Source of the DNA: Thermodesulfobacteriota bacterium
GTDB lineage: Bacteria > Desulfobacterota > Binatia > Bin18
Assembly: GCA_964291405.2 (NCBI GenBank)
Contig: OZ219926.1
Span: 4,704,001 to 4,768,000, forward strand
Direction: 5' to 3'
DNA: 64,000 nucleotides
Part shown: in pieces, positions 7,749-16,888 of the stretch
Numbering within the stretch: the first letter of the stretch is position 1
Layout of the letters: the number at the start of each line of letters is the position of its first letter
Made by a program: the position numbers and the translations under genes
The notes under the pieces: model-generated
What the model was told of the DNA's origin: nothing
The model's input: the letters and a program-made list of their open reading frames with translations, nothing else
The model's database searches: none

Positions 7749-10124
7749 ATGTCGCGAAATGAAAGCGGTCAACTCGAACCTGGAACGGTCCTGGCGGGCC
7801 GGTATCAGATTGAGCGTTTTCTGGCGGGCGGCGGGATGGGTGTCGTTTATGTCGCTCAGGATCAGCGGCTGGCTGAGCGACAGGTCGCTATCAAGGAAAT
7901 TTTTGATCGATTTACAAATCCCGAAGAGCGCGCTCAGGCCATTGAATATTTTCATCGAGAGGCCGATACGCTGGCCCAGCTCACCCATCCGGCCATTCCC
8001 GCTATTTTCGATCGCTTTGGTGAGGGCAATTGCCACTATTTGGTGATGGACTTTATCGAAGGGATCAACCTGGAACAGGAAATCGCCGGACTGGGCGGCC
8101 AACTCCCCGAGAGCCGGGTCACCGAGATTGGCCGGGAGCTGTGCGACGTGTTGACCTATCTGCATAGCTTTTCTCCGCCCGTCATCTATCGGGACATGAA
8201 ACCGGGCAATGTGATCCTGCGACCGGACGGGCGCATCACGCTGATTGACTTTGGCATTGCCAGAATTTTCTCCCCCCAGGGCAAAGCCACTTTGATTGGC
8301 ACGCCTGGATTTGCCCCGCCCGAGCAATACTCCGGGCAGGTTGATGAACGGTCCGATATTTATGGCTTGGCGGCAACCCTGCACTATATCCTGACCGGTC
8401 GGGACCCGGAGAAACACCCGCCGTTCTCGTGCCCGCCGGTACTCTCGGAGAAACCCGACGCCTCTCCTTTCCTCGCTCAGGCGATTGATCAGGCCCTGGC
8501 GTATAAAGCCGAAGAGCGGCCCGAGAGCGCGGAAGCGTTTAAGGACATGTTTCTGTATGGGCGTGGCCTGAGCGCGGCTGGTCCTCCCAGTTCGTCCCAA
8601 GCCGCGACCCAAATCCTGGAACCGCTGTCGGAGCCGGTTGCAGAGCCCCTTCCCGCCGAGCCGCCGCAAAAGAAGCGACGCTGGGGGCGGATGGTTGCGA
8701 CCCTGGTTTTTTTGTTACTGCTGAGTGGCGGGGCGTATGGACTGTTTACCTCTCCTGAGCTGCTGCAAGGCAACCCGGTCGCACGCGTGGGAGAAAGGAT
8801 TCCGTGGCAGCAGATTGAAACCTGGCTGCCGGAATCCCAGCGGCCAAGGTTTCGAGCCTTTGTTGCGGATTTACCCTGGGAGCGGGAGAAACGCCTGCGC
8901 GCGCTGCGGGCCGACCCGCTCGAACTGGTTTCCCTCAACTTGGTGAATACTTCGCGGGATGGCACGCCACTGTCGGAGGTCAAGGACAGCTATACGCTGA
9001 GTGAGGTGCAATACCTGACCTGGGAAGCGGCGCTGAAAAACCGGCTGTTCGGGGTTGAAGGGGGGAATCATCGGTTGGAAGGCCGATTTTTCGATCCCGA
9101 AGGCGGTCTGGCCGGGAAAAGCGAAGCCGGTCGGTTTGTCCGGCCCGAAGAGGAGGAGCTTGAATTGCGGGGCGTGACCCTGCTTGAGGGGCTCAAGGAG
9201 CGGGCGACCGGTGAGTATCAGCTTGAGCTCTATCTCGGGGATGCCAAGCTGGCCAGCCAAACAGTCCGGATTGAACCGGACCCGGTCCAGGTCGTCGCAG
9301 CCGAGGTGACAGAAGAAAAGGAGAGCGGTGTCGCTGGTGGGTCAGATGTCCCGGTCGCGAGCGGACCGACCCCGGAGGAAGAGATCGTACGGCGCGCCGC
9401 CGAGGAAAAACGGCTGGCCCTTATCCAGGAACGGAGCAAAGAGCCGCTTTCTCTGCTCTCCGTGCGCTTTTTCAACACGGCGCAAGATGGCAGAAAACTG
9501 TCTCAATCCGCGAGTTCATTCGGCACGTCACAACTCCGATACCTGGCCTGGGAGGCGGATTTTCAAAACCAACTGCATGCGCTGTTACCTTCTCACCACC
9601 GGGTCACCGCAACCTATTTTGCCCCCAATGGCCAGATTCTTGGGACGGTTGAAGACGGGAAAGAAGTCTCGGATAAAACAGAGAAGGTGACGTTTACGGC
9701 CAGAATCGGCAATGCCAGCGGCGGCGCCTTTCTTCCCGGCGAGTATCGGGTTGACTTTTATGTCAACGGCTATCCGCTCTCGTCCGGAAAATTCAACGTC
9801 ATGGACGATCGGGACTTGGCCTATATCCTCAACTCGCACCAGGGAAGTATTCTCGGGCTCGGTCCTGAGCGTGAGGCCCTGCTTGAAGTGCATTTTCAAC
9901 CGCATAGTAACGGGGCCTTGCGTGGCCGCCTGGTGATTCACGCGCGCGGCTTTGGTGCGGCCTCTCTGGAAGGAACAACGCAGGGTAACCAGATTGAGTT
10001 TAGCAGTTCGGTTGGTAATCGTGATTATCATTTCAAGGGCTGGCGTGAAGAAAATCGGCTCAGCGGAACTTATCGTGTCGGGTCGTCCGAAAATGTGAGC
10101 GGACACTGGTCACTGCAACTCTAG
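7749..10124 (+). CDS. Membrane-anchored Hanks-type Ser/Thr protein kinase with duplicated extracytoplasmic domain
   Basis: GGGMGVVY, VAIKE, YRDMKPGN, DFG, GTPGFAPPEQ; TM segment; two related repeats (..NT.RDG..YL.WEA...N.L..). Confidence 0.92.
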   Translation: MSRNESGQLEPGTVLAGRYQIERFLAGGGMGVVYVAQDQRLAERQVAIKEIFDRFTNPEERAQAIEYFHREADTLAQLTHPAIPAIFDRFGEGNCHYLVMDFIEGINLEQEIAGLGGQLPESRVTEIGRELCDVLTYLHSFSPPVIYRDMKPGNVILRPDGRITLIDFGIARIFSPQGKATLIGTPGFAPPEQYSGQVDERSDIYGLAATLHYILTGRDPEKHPPFSCPPVLSEKPDASPFLAQAIDQALAYKAEERPESAEAFKDMFLYGRGLSAAGPPSSSQAATQILEPLSEPVAEPLPAEPPQKKRRWGRMVATLVFLLLLSGGAYGLFTSPELLQGNPVARVGERIPWQQIETWLPESQRPRFRAFVADLPWEREKRLRALRADPLELVSLNLVNTSRDGTPLSEVKDSYTLSEVQYLTWEAALKNRLFGVEGGNHRLEGRFFDPEGGLAGKSEAGRFVRPEEEELELRGVTLLEGLKERATGEYQLELYLGDAKLASQTVRIEPDPVQVVAAEVTEEKESGVAGGSDVPVASGPTPEEEIVRRAAEEKRLALIQERSKEPLSLLSVRFFNTAQDGRKLSQSASSFGTSQLRYLAWEADFQNQLHALLPSHHRVTATYFAPNGQILGTVEDGKEVSDKTEKVTFTARIGNASGGAFLPGEYRVDFYVNGYPLSSGKFNVMDDRDLAYILNSHQGSILGLGPEREALLEVHFQPHSNGALRGRLVIHARGFGAASLEGTTQGNQIEFSSSVGNRDYHFKGWREENRLSGTYRVGSSENVSGHWSLQL

Positions 10125-10189
10125 GTCGGGCCATGATGACGGCTGTTGGCATGCACGTGGGGCGTTGAGCAGACTGTGAGCGGAGGAGT

Positions 10190-11047
10190 ATGGAACTTTC
10201 ACGCGAACGCCTTGTCCTGTATAGCGGTGCCGGTCTCTTGGGCGGTCTTGCCGGCTGGGCCGCGGCTGACCCGTTGGCCGCGGTGGGGAATGTTTATCTC
10301 CGGGCCATGGCCCTGGGGGGGATAACCGGTATTTGTGTTGGCGCGTTCATGGGGGCCATTGAAGGGCTCAGCGCGGGGCATAAGAACAAGACGTGGCAGG
10401 GGGTGAAGCTGGGTGGGCTGGCCGGTCTGGTGGGCGGGGCGATTGGCCTCCTCATGGGAGAGCTGGTGTTTGGCCTGTTTGGCGGTCTTGGCGGGCGCGT
10501 TATCGGCTGGGGGATTTTTGGGCTTGCCGTCGGGCTGGGAGCTGGCTGGGTCGGCCAATCGTTAGTCCGTTTACGCAATGGCGCGATTGGTGGCTGCATT
10601 GGCGGGGCCATCGGGGGTGCGCTCTTTCAGGTGGTCACCTCCCTCCTGCCGCAGACGGCTGGTCGCGGGGTTGCCTTGGCCATCTTGGGGGCCATGATCG
10701 GTCTCTGGGTCGGTCTGGTCAGCGAGATATTGAAGCGCGGCTGGTTTATGGTGATTCGCTCGCAAAGCCGCAATGCCCGTGAAGGCCGTGAATACCATCT
10801 GACCAAGCCCAAAACCACAATCGGGAGAGCCGAAGAAAGCGATGTGGGCCTGTTTGGCGACCGCTCTATTGCCAACCTGCACGCTGTGGTTGAAAAACGT
10901 CAGCATACTTTTGTGCTTGCCAAAAATGAGGGGCAGGTCAGCGTCAACCGAACTCCGGTTACCCAGCCGATCCAACTGAAAAATGGCGACCGGGTGGAGG
11001 TCGGTGGAACCTTACTCCTCTTTCGAGAGCGGGCAGGTAAGGAGTAG
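10190..11047 (+). CDS. Gly-rich multi-TM membrane protein with C-terminal FHA domain
   Basis: Several Gly-zipper hydrophobic helices, then TTIGRAEESD..HA..LKNGDRVEVG. Confidence 0.82.
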   Translation: MELSRERLVLYSGAGLLGGLAGWAAADPLAAVGNVYLRAMALGGITGICVGAFMGAIEGLSAGHKNKTWQGVKLGGLAGLVGGAIGLLMGELVFGLFGGLGGRVIGWGIFGLAVGLGAGWVGQSLVRLRNGAIGGCIGGAIGGALFQVVTSLLPQTAGRGVALAILGAMIGLWVGLVSEILKRGWFMVIRSQSRNAREGREYHLTKPKTTIGRAEESDVGLFGDRSIANLHAVVEKRQHTFVLAKNEGQVSVNRTPVTQPIQLKNGDRVEVGGTLLLFRERAGKE

Positions 11048-11096
11048 GCAGGCCGGAGAGCCCTACACAGGTAGAAAATACCAGGTGGAGAGTAGC

Positions 11097-12650
11097 ATGA
11101 GATTGAAAGCCCGGTCCTCTCGGCAGAGCCATACCCAAGCGCTGTATGTGTTCCTCTATTGCCTTGCCTTGTGCTCGGTGCTGACGTCGCACGTCTCTGC
11201 GGCCGATTCAGTGGTTGTCTCTGTCACCAACCCCCAACTGGAGAATTTTACCAATGGCGGTGCCGTTGGCCTATATTTTAATGCAACCGATTTGCGTGGG
11301 CAGCCGATCGGACAACTCACGCCGGAGCATGTGACCGTGCAGGAGGATGGACAGGACGCCCAGATCATTGATTTTCGAGGCGAAGAACAGGGCCGGCCGG
11401 TCGATATCGTGGTGGTCTTCGATGTCACGGAAAGCATGGGGCCGTTTATTGACGGGATGAAAGAAGCGGCCATTGATTTTGCCGACCGCCTGGCCAAGGC
11501 CAACCGGGATTACCGCTTGGGTCTGGTGACTTTTGAGGATTACGTGATTCGGGACGAGCGGGTGTTTACCCGGAGCGCCCGGGAGTTCAAAGGCTGGGTT
11601 GGCGCGCTGCGCCCGGCAGGCGGAGGGGATATCCCGGAGAACTCGCTCGATGCGATGCTGCTGGCCAGCCGCTTTCCGTTTCGACCCGATGCCCAGGCGG
11701 TCCTTATCTTGATTACCGACGCCCCCAATCATACGCGCGGAGACGGATCGGAAAAAAATAACCCCTACGGTCGAGAGGTCACGCAACTGTCCGGTGCGGA
11801 AGTCCTGGCGGAAATCAAAAAGGCGAATCTGAATGTCTATGCCATCTCTCCACCGCCCTTTATGGCTCCCGACCTGCATGGGATCGCAAAGGAGAGCGCC
11901 GGGCGCCATTACAATATTGTCAGTGAGGGAGAACGCTTTCCCGAGCTGATCAGCGAGATCGGCCGCTCGCTCGCCTCACAATATTTCCTGACGTATACCA
12001 GCCCCCGCCCGGTCGAGGACGGGGCGGAACGCGAAGTCGTGCTGACCCTTCAACATCCGAACGGGGAAGGGGAGGCGCATGCGTCTTACCAAGTGCGTGG
12101 GATCGGCGGTGCGATAGTCGTTCCAAGCAGCTCGGGAGCGGGCACAACACAGGCACAAACCGTTATTGCCTATGGGATATGGAATATGCTGGTTCCGCTC
12201 CTGGCCGCCGGAGGACTGATACTGCTGGCGCGCGTCCGCCTCAATGAGATTCCGGCTGAAGTGCTGGGTCTGGTGAAGACGGCAACCAGCAGCCCCGCTT
12301 CCACCGGCCAAAACGCAGTCCCTGATCCTGTTGTGCCGAAGACCTCTGCGCCGTACGCCCGACTGGTGCGCCAAAGCCCATTTGAAGAAGCGCCGCGCGA
12401 AATTGCTCTTTCCCGCGATGAAATGACGATTGGCCGTGGAGAGGAGTGCGAGGCGATTATTCTCCACTCCTCTATATCGCGCGAACACGCGCGCATAAAA
12501 AAAGTCAAACAGGGCTATGTGCTGCTCGATTTGCAGAGCAGAAACGGCATCTACATCAACGGGAGAAAGGTTACCGAAAATCTTCTCAGAGACGGGATGC
12601 AGGTTCGTATCGGAGACGTGGAGTTTATCTTCTACGCCGCGAATGCGTAA
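11097..12650 (+). CDS. Extracytoplasmic VWA domain + TM + cytoplasmic FHA protein
   Basis: Signal-like N-terminus; FDVTESM MIDAS, GGGD.PE, LITDA; TM; IGRG..SREHA..SRNGIYING FHA. Confidence 0.85.
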   Translation: MRLKARSSRQSHTQALYVFLYCLALCSVLTSHVSAADSVVVSVTNPQLENFTNGGAVGLYFNATDLRGQPIGQLTPEHVTVQEDGQDAQIIDFRGEEQGRPVDIVVVFDVTESMGPFIDGMKEAAIDFADRLAKANRDYRLGLVTFEDYVIRDERVFTRSAREFKGWVGALRPAGGGDIPENSLDAMLLASRFPFRPDAQAVLILITDAPNHTRGDGSEKNNPYGREVTQLSGAEVLAEIKKANLNVYAISPPPFMAPDLHGIAKESAGRHYNIVSEGERFPELISEIGRSLASQYFLTYTSPRPVEDGAEREVVLTLQHPNGEGEAHASYQVRGIGGAIVVPSSSGAGTTQAQTVIAYGIWNMLVPLLAAGGLILLARVRLNEIPAEVLGLVKTATSSPASTGQNAVPDPVVPKTSAPYARLVRQSPFEEAPREIALSRDEMTIGRGEECEAIILHSSISREHARIKKVKQGYVLLDLQSRNGIYINGRKVTENLLRDGMQVRIGDVEFIFYAANA

Positions 12651-12659
12651 AATCGAAAC

Positions 12660-12790
12660 GCGCCGAATGCTGCGACTCTCCTCCTGGGAGAGCCGCCATC
12701 CTGGCCGCCATGCGGGCTGGAAGCCCGCTCTCCTAAAGAGGGAGAGAGACGCGCTACACCGCAACGTTCTTTGCTCCGCAACGTGGTACG
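12660..12790 (-). repeat. Composite REP/MITE repeat
   Basis: CCTGGGAGAGCCGCCATCCTGGCCGCCATGCGGGCTGGAAGCCCGC block recurs in reverse orientation at ~52040-52086, ~53175-53222 and ~56963-57010. Confidence 0.7.
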
Positions 12791-12905
12791 TGGTGAGAGG
12801 CAAGGGGGACTTTGCAAGCATATTCGCTAGATCTCCGGGAGCTACCGGGTGGCGGGGCCCGTCGTGAGTCCGGGAGCGACGGGGAAGGTGGCCCCCAAGC
12901 GATGA

Positions 12906-12981
12906 CTAGGGGTTTTAGGGGTACATGCTGCCCGCGAATACGTACGAAACCAAGCCCACACGAACGGTATTGAGTCGTTCT
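12906..12981 (+). mobile_element. IS1595-family remnant, copy 1
   Basis: 68 bp (12906-12973) identical to 13151-13218; encodes EYVRNQAHTNGIESF, the IS1595 DDE motif region. Confidence 0.7.
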
Positions 12982-13150
12982 GTAAAGACCTTCTCTCCCG
13001 CGGAATGTGCCAACTATATCCGCCACGCTGGCTATCGCCTCGCTACACCAACTGCTCTAGGGTCAGGAGCTATGACTAGAGGGTGTTAGGAACTTCTGAC
13101 AAATTGTCTCAGTGATTTCTCTGAGGAAAACGAGTCGGAGCAAAAAAGTG

Positions 13151-13400
13151 CTAGGGGTTTTAGGGGTACATGCTGCCCGCGAATACGTACGAAACCAAGC
13201 CCACACGAACGGTATTGATGCTCAAGCGGGGCTACATTGGGACCTATCACCAGATGAGCGTCAAATACCTGGATCGGTATATTGAGGAGTTTGCGGGCCG
13301 ACATAACCAGCGACCCCTCGACACCCTGGAGCAAATGGAGCGGATCGCGCAGGGGTTCGTCGGAAAGCACTTGCCGTACGGTGATCTGATCGCGGCCTAA
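13151..13400 (+). pseudogene. IS1595-family transposase C-terminal fragment
   Basis: HTNGI..LKRGYIGTYHQMSVKYLDRYIEEFAGRHN..GKHLPYGDLIA; N-terminus missing, small deletion relative to copy 1. Confidence 0.82.
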
Positions 13401-13412
13401 AGGAGACCCGTC

Positions 13413-13589
13413 ATGGAGAAGAAAAAGCCGACCCCCGCGAAGGTGAAGCCGTCCACCTACCAGCCGACTGCGGCGGAACTAGCCGAAGACCTCAGTGTTG
13501 ACGCCACGCCGGAAGAGGTGGCCGAGGCGGTTATGGAATCCGTCGCGGTGTACGAGAACGACGATGAGAAATCTCAGGACGAAACATAA
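13413..13589 (+). CDS. Small acidic hypothetical protein downstream of IS1595 transposase (58 aa)
   Basis: AAGGAG RBS; MEKKKPTPAKVKPSTYQPTAAELAEDLSVDATPEEVAEAVM...; below ORF-track cut-off. Confidence 0.6.
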   Translation: MEKKKPTPAKVKPSTYQPTAAELAEDLSVDATPEEVAEAVMESVAVYENDDEKSQDET

Positions 13590-13599
13590 AGAACCGTCC

Positions 13600-13806
13600 T
13601 TACCCCGCCAACCACTCAGCTAAGTACACACTCAGGCCGAACAGGATGCACGCACCGCTCCATTTGGAGAAGGTATCGAACCAACAGCGAAGAAATTCCC
13701 CTTCGTTTACTTGACCCTCTCGCCACATATACCACGTGCCTACGCCGGAGAGGCCAAGCATAACCGCCCAGACCATCATAAAGCGGTCAACATCTATGGC
13801 GTACAT
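13600..13806 (-). CDS. Small two-TM hypothetical protein
   Basis: 68-aa ORF with two hydrophobic helices directly after 13813..14391. Confidence 0.5.
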   Translation of the reverse strand: MYAIDVDRFMMVWAVMLGLSGVGTWYMWREGQVNEGEFLRCWFDTFSKWSGACILFGLSVYLAEWLAG

Positions 13807-13812
13807 GGCGAC

Positions 13813-14391
13813 TTACCGCCCATAGTGCAGCCGGTCATTGGGGTTGTTGGCTTTCCACGTCTCCTGACAGTCCCGCCGCGCCTGTGGGCTGGTGATATGC
13901 CCGCACCCATAGGGGACATGGCCCGGCTCAATGTGGCCGTCCGTGTAATCTCTCGGGTCAGGATACTCGCGCGGTTGGGGCTCCTCGTACTCGTAGCGAC
14001 CCGTGTTCCGCCCGCGTACCAGATCGTCCCACGCGCCCCTTTCTGAGGAGCGCAGCCGCTCCTGGTTCAAGCGATCCATTTCCCGCTCATACTCCCGCTC
14101 CCACTGGCTCCTTCGCCGCGGGGCAGGGGGCGGTGTAATAGGGGGATCAGCAGGCCGTGGAGCCCGATATTCCGGTCTCCACTGATACAGGTGACTACGC
14201 TCCTCTGCTGGCCGCCCTTTGAGGAGACTGGAGAGGGCCTCAATGTCCCGTAGACTCTCCCCGAGACTCTTTGACGGGGCCTGCCGGGGCGGATTCGGGT
14301 TTGGGGAAGGCGGGGGTGGGGTAAACTGCACCTGCGCCCCTGCTAACGAGACGCTGAACGTCAGGACCAAACCCGCCAGTAGCGTCTTCAT
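13813..14391 (-). CDS. Secreted Pro/Arg-rich hypothetical protein
   Basis: Signal peptide MKTLLAGLVLTFSVSLAGA; GAGGAGG RBS. Confidence 0.65.
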   Translation of the reverse strand: MKTLLAGLVLTFSVSLAGAQVQFTPPPPSPNPNPPRQAPSKSLGESLRDIEALSSLLKGRPAEERSHLYQWRPEYRAPRPADPPITPPPAPRRRSQWEREYEREMDRLNQERLRSSERGAWDDLVRGRNTGRYEYEEPQPREYPDPRDYTDGHIEPGHVPYGCGHITSPQARRDCQETWKANNPNDRLHYGR

Positions 14392-14764
14392 GCTGCACCT
14401 CCTCTGTCGTAGTTCTGCCCGGCCAGTCCAAGTTGCCGGGCCGTGCTAACTCCACAACAGAGAATTGAGTGTGAGGTCCTGCCTATTTGCCACGGCGCAG
14501 GTAGCTACTCCCACGCTTTGGTGTGGCTGTTGTATTCCGCAGGCGACCCGACTCAGGGGTCTCCATTGGGACACCTAAGCACGAGAAATGCTAAATCTAC
14601 TTCACAGAATTGTCAAGAAATGAATGTCGTTGACAGGTAGGAGGTGGGCAGGCACAACGAAGAAAGGCCCCACAAGGGGGCCAATCTATAACCTGTCTCC
14701 TGACACCCACGGTGGTCTCGCTACAAGACCACCGACCTCAGAGGACAGATGGAATGAGGTACGC

Positions 14765-15688
14765 TCATGGCCGACTATAGGCCCACGGCCCGCCCGGCGG
14801 CCACTGCTCCTCAAACGGCATGCCTCTGGCGATTGCCACGGTAGGAGGCATCACAAACGTCTGGATCTGTGTCAAGACGATAGGAAGCGGATCGGGCGTT
14901 CTCGACATCGCCGTCCGCCGCAGAAAACCGCTCCACTGGGTCTGCTTTGTCGGATCGGCGGCGAACTCGGGGGTGAGCGCAGCCGGTGTGTCCTGCGGGA
15001 TTGGCGTCTGACGGCGCGTGAATGTAGCGCGAATCGCCTCCGCCAGTACCCGGCCCTCAAAGTTGAACAGGGTTGCCAACGCCCACAGGTCATACATGTC
15101 CTTCATCCGGCTGGTCAGAGCTGCAAACCGGACCAGGGTTTGGAACTTCTCGGCGACCACGGTTTCCCGAGGATAGGCACGCAGCTGCGGTGCCGGAAAT
15201 TCCAGGAGCGTCGGATAGGCGATACGCGGCGCTGGCGGCACTATCACGTCGCCAAAACCGATATCGACCTGGACGAACAGCCGTGCTCCTGCAATCCGGG
15301 CTTCCAGCATAACGCGGACGCCCTGGTAGGCGTCGTGCTCACGCACTTGGTCTGCCCGAACACTGTCGGCCAGGAACGAGACGCCATCAGGCGGAACGGT
15401 TGTCTCACAGACCGCTCTGAAGATCTCGACAAGTCGGGCGGCCGTACTGTCGCCGACACCCAACAGATCGAGGTCACCGGTCGCACGATAGGGCACGGTT
15501 GCCCACACACTGAAGAGTATTGCCCCTTTGAGAATGAAACGGTCGGCGTAGGCGGACTGGGAGAGCCGATAGAGCAGGCGTTCGATGGCGTAGCGCAGCA
15601 GCACGAATTGGACCGTCTCCCCCTGTGCCTTCGCGTGGTTAGTGAGGCGAGCCCGGACGGACGCGGCAAGATGACGCGGGCGGGTCAT
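14765..15688 (-). CDS. abiEii: Type IV TA toxin, AbiEii nucleotidyltransferase
   Basis: SVRARL, ERLLYRL, FILKG, R.T.DLDL, QVDIGFGD, ETVVAEK, SRMKD.YD. Confidence 0.92.
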   Translation of the reverse strand: MTRPRHLAASVRARLTNHAKAQGETVQFVLLRYAIERLLYRLSQSAYADRFILKGAILFSVWATVPYRATGDLDLLGVGDSTAARLVEIFRAVCETTVPPDGVSFLADSVRADQVREHDAYQGVRVMLEARIAGARLFVQVDIGFGDVIVPPAPRIAYPTLLEFPAPQLRAYPRETVVAEKFQTLVRFAALTSRMKDMYDLWALATLFNFEGRVLAEAIRATFTRRQTPIPQDTPAALTPEFAADPTKQTQWSGFLRRTAMSRTPDPLPIVLTQIQTFVMPPTVAIARGMPFEEQWPPGGPWAYSRP

Positions 15689-16290
15689 AGCAGGGCCTCA
15701 AGGTACGGTCGCATCACGTTCCGGACACGGCATACCTGCGCGTAGTGCCAGAGGTCATCGACCGGGCATATCTGCTGACGTAGGCAGTCCCGCAACGCCT
15801 CGACCGCAACGTCAATGCCCAGCTTGTTGCGGTGCTTGAAGCAATCCGCCACGGTCTTGGCCGCTCCATAGATCGGCACGGCAACTCCCTCAATCGTGTG
15901 GTGCTTGACCCCGGCGGTCAGCATGGCGTTGTGCGCCCGAATGACGCGGAGGCTAATTGGCGGCTGCTTAGGCACCCATTTTTTGGTTCCGACCGTCATC
16001 CAGACCTGGTGCGGAGCCTGGGTGGTGAGGCCGTGAAATTGCAGAGCGGACAGGAGACAGACGATCCCGTGCGGCAGGGCCCGGCTTGCTTCAACGAGGC
16101 TGTGGTGCGCCGTGATGTCGGCATCGGCGGCTTGGTAGAGTCCACGGGCGATGCGCACTAGGCGGCCCTCCTGGCATAGACGCTGGAGATAGGTCCGAGC
16201 GATGCCGGCGGCCGTGATGTCGCGGGCGCGTACGATGCCCTGGGCTTGGGCTAGGGCCAGGACGCGCTCTCGCGGGCGAACTTCATTCAT
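15685..16290 (-). CDS. abiEi: Type IV TA antitoxin, AbiEi family
   Basis: wHTH RIARGLY, CLLSALQFHGLTTQ.P, KTVADCFK.RNK.G.DVA; 4-bp overlap with toxin. Confidence 0.92.
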   Translation of the reverse strand: MNEVRPRERVLALAQAQGIVRARDITAAGIARTYLQRLCQEGRLVRIARGLYQAADADITAHHSLVEASRALPHGIVCLLSALQFHGLTTQAPHQVWMTVGTKKWVPKQPPISLRVIRAHNAMLTAGVKHHTIEGVAVPIYGAAKTVADCFKHRNKLGIDVAVEALRDCLRQQICPVDDLWHYAQVCRVRNVMRPYLEALL

Positions 16291-16490
16291 GACGGCTAAT
16301 GTTACAATATCTCAGTCAGAAGAGACAAGATCCTCGGTCTTGTAACGTTTTCTGGAACACCGCACCAGAAAAGTCGACCCGATCTCTTCGCGTCGAAGAG
16401 GAGTGGGCGGAAAAACTCAAGGATGGCGATGGACTAGCAGGGACAATGTTTTTGAAAACTCCGCTGGGTGCACTGGATAACGGGGGCAGC

Positions 16491-16888
16491 TGGGGTGCTG
16501 GAACTGACGTACATGGTATGAAGTGTTGCTCGACCCGGTGACAGAAGCGTTTGACGGACGCGAGGATATCGTCGGCAGACTTCGTCCAGGTGAAAGGCTT
16601 CGGGTCAGTGTTGTGGGTATCGATAAATGCGCGGATGTCCGCCTCCAGTTGCCGCGTCGACCTTATTCGGCACGCCCTCAGCGCAGCGCAGGATTATGCG
16701 GCAGCGCTCCGCCATCGAGCGCGCGATCCGGTGCCGGCGCACCTGGCGCTCCAGATACGCCCGTTCTTCTGCGCTGAGGACCAAGGCCGCCACCGGGCGG
16801 CCACCACCACGACCCATCCGCAAGTCCTCCTTCTCTCACATGCTCAGGGCCATTCTACAATGATAGGGACTTCAGTTCCAGCACCCTA
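16491..16888 (-). mobile_element. Internally deleted IS630-family element
   Basis: TIRs TGGGGTGCTGGAACTGACGT / ACTTCAGTTCCAGCACCCTA; contains transposase N-terminus GRPVAALVLSAEERAYLERQVRR..RCRIILRCAEG (16605-16823) only. Confidence 0.78.

Noticed and set aside
14400-14760. Possible ncRNA in the intergenic region
   Set aside because: Only a short GGCCCC/GGGGCC hairpin, no recognisable RNA family; unsupported without a covariance search
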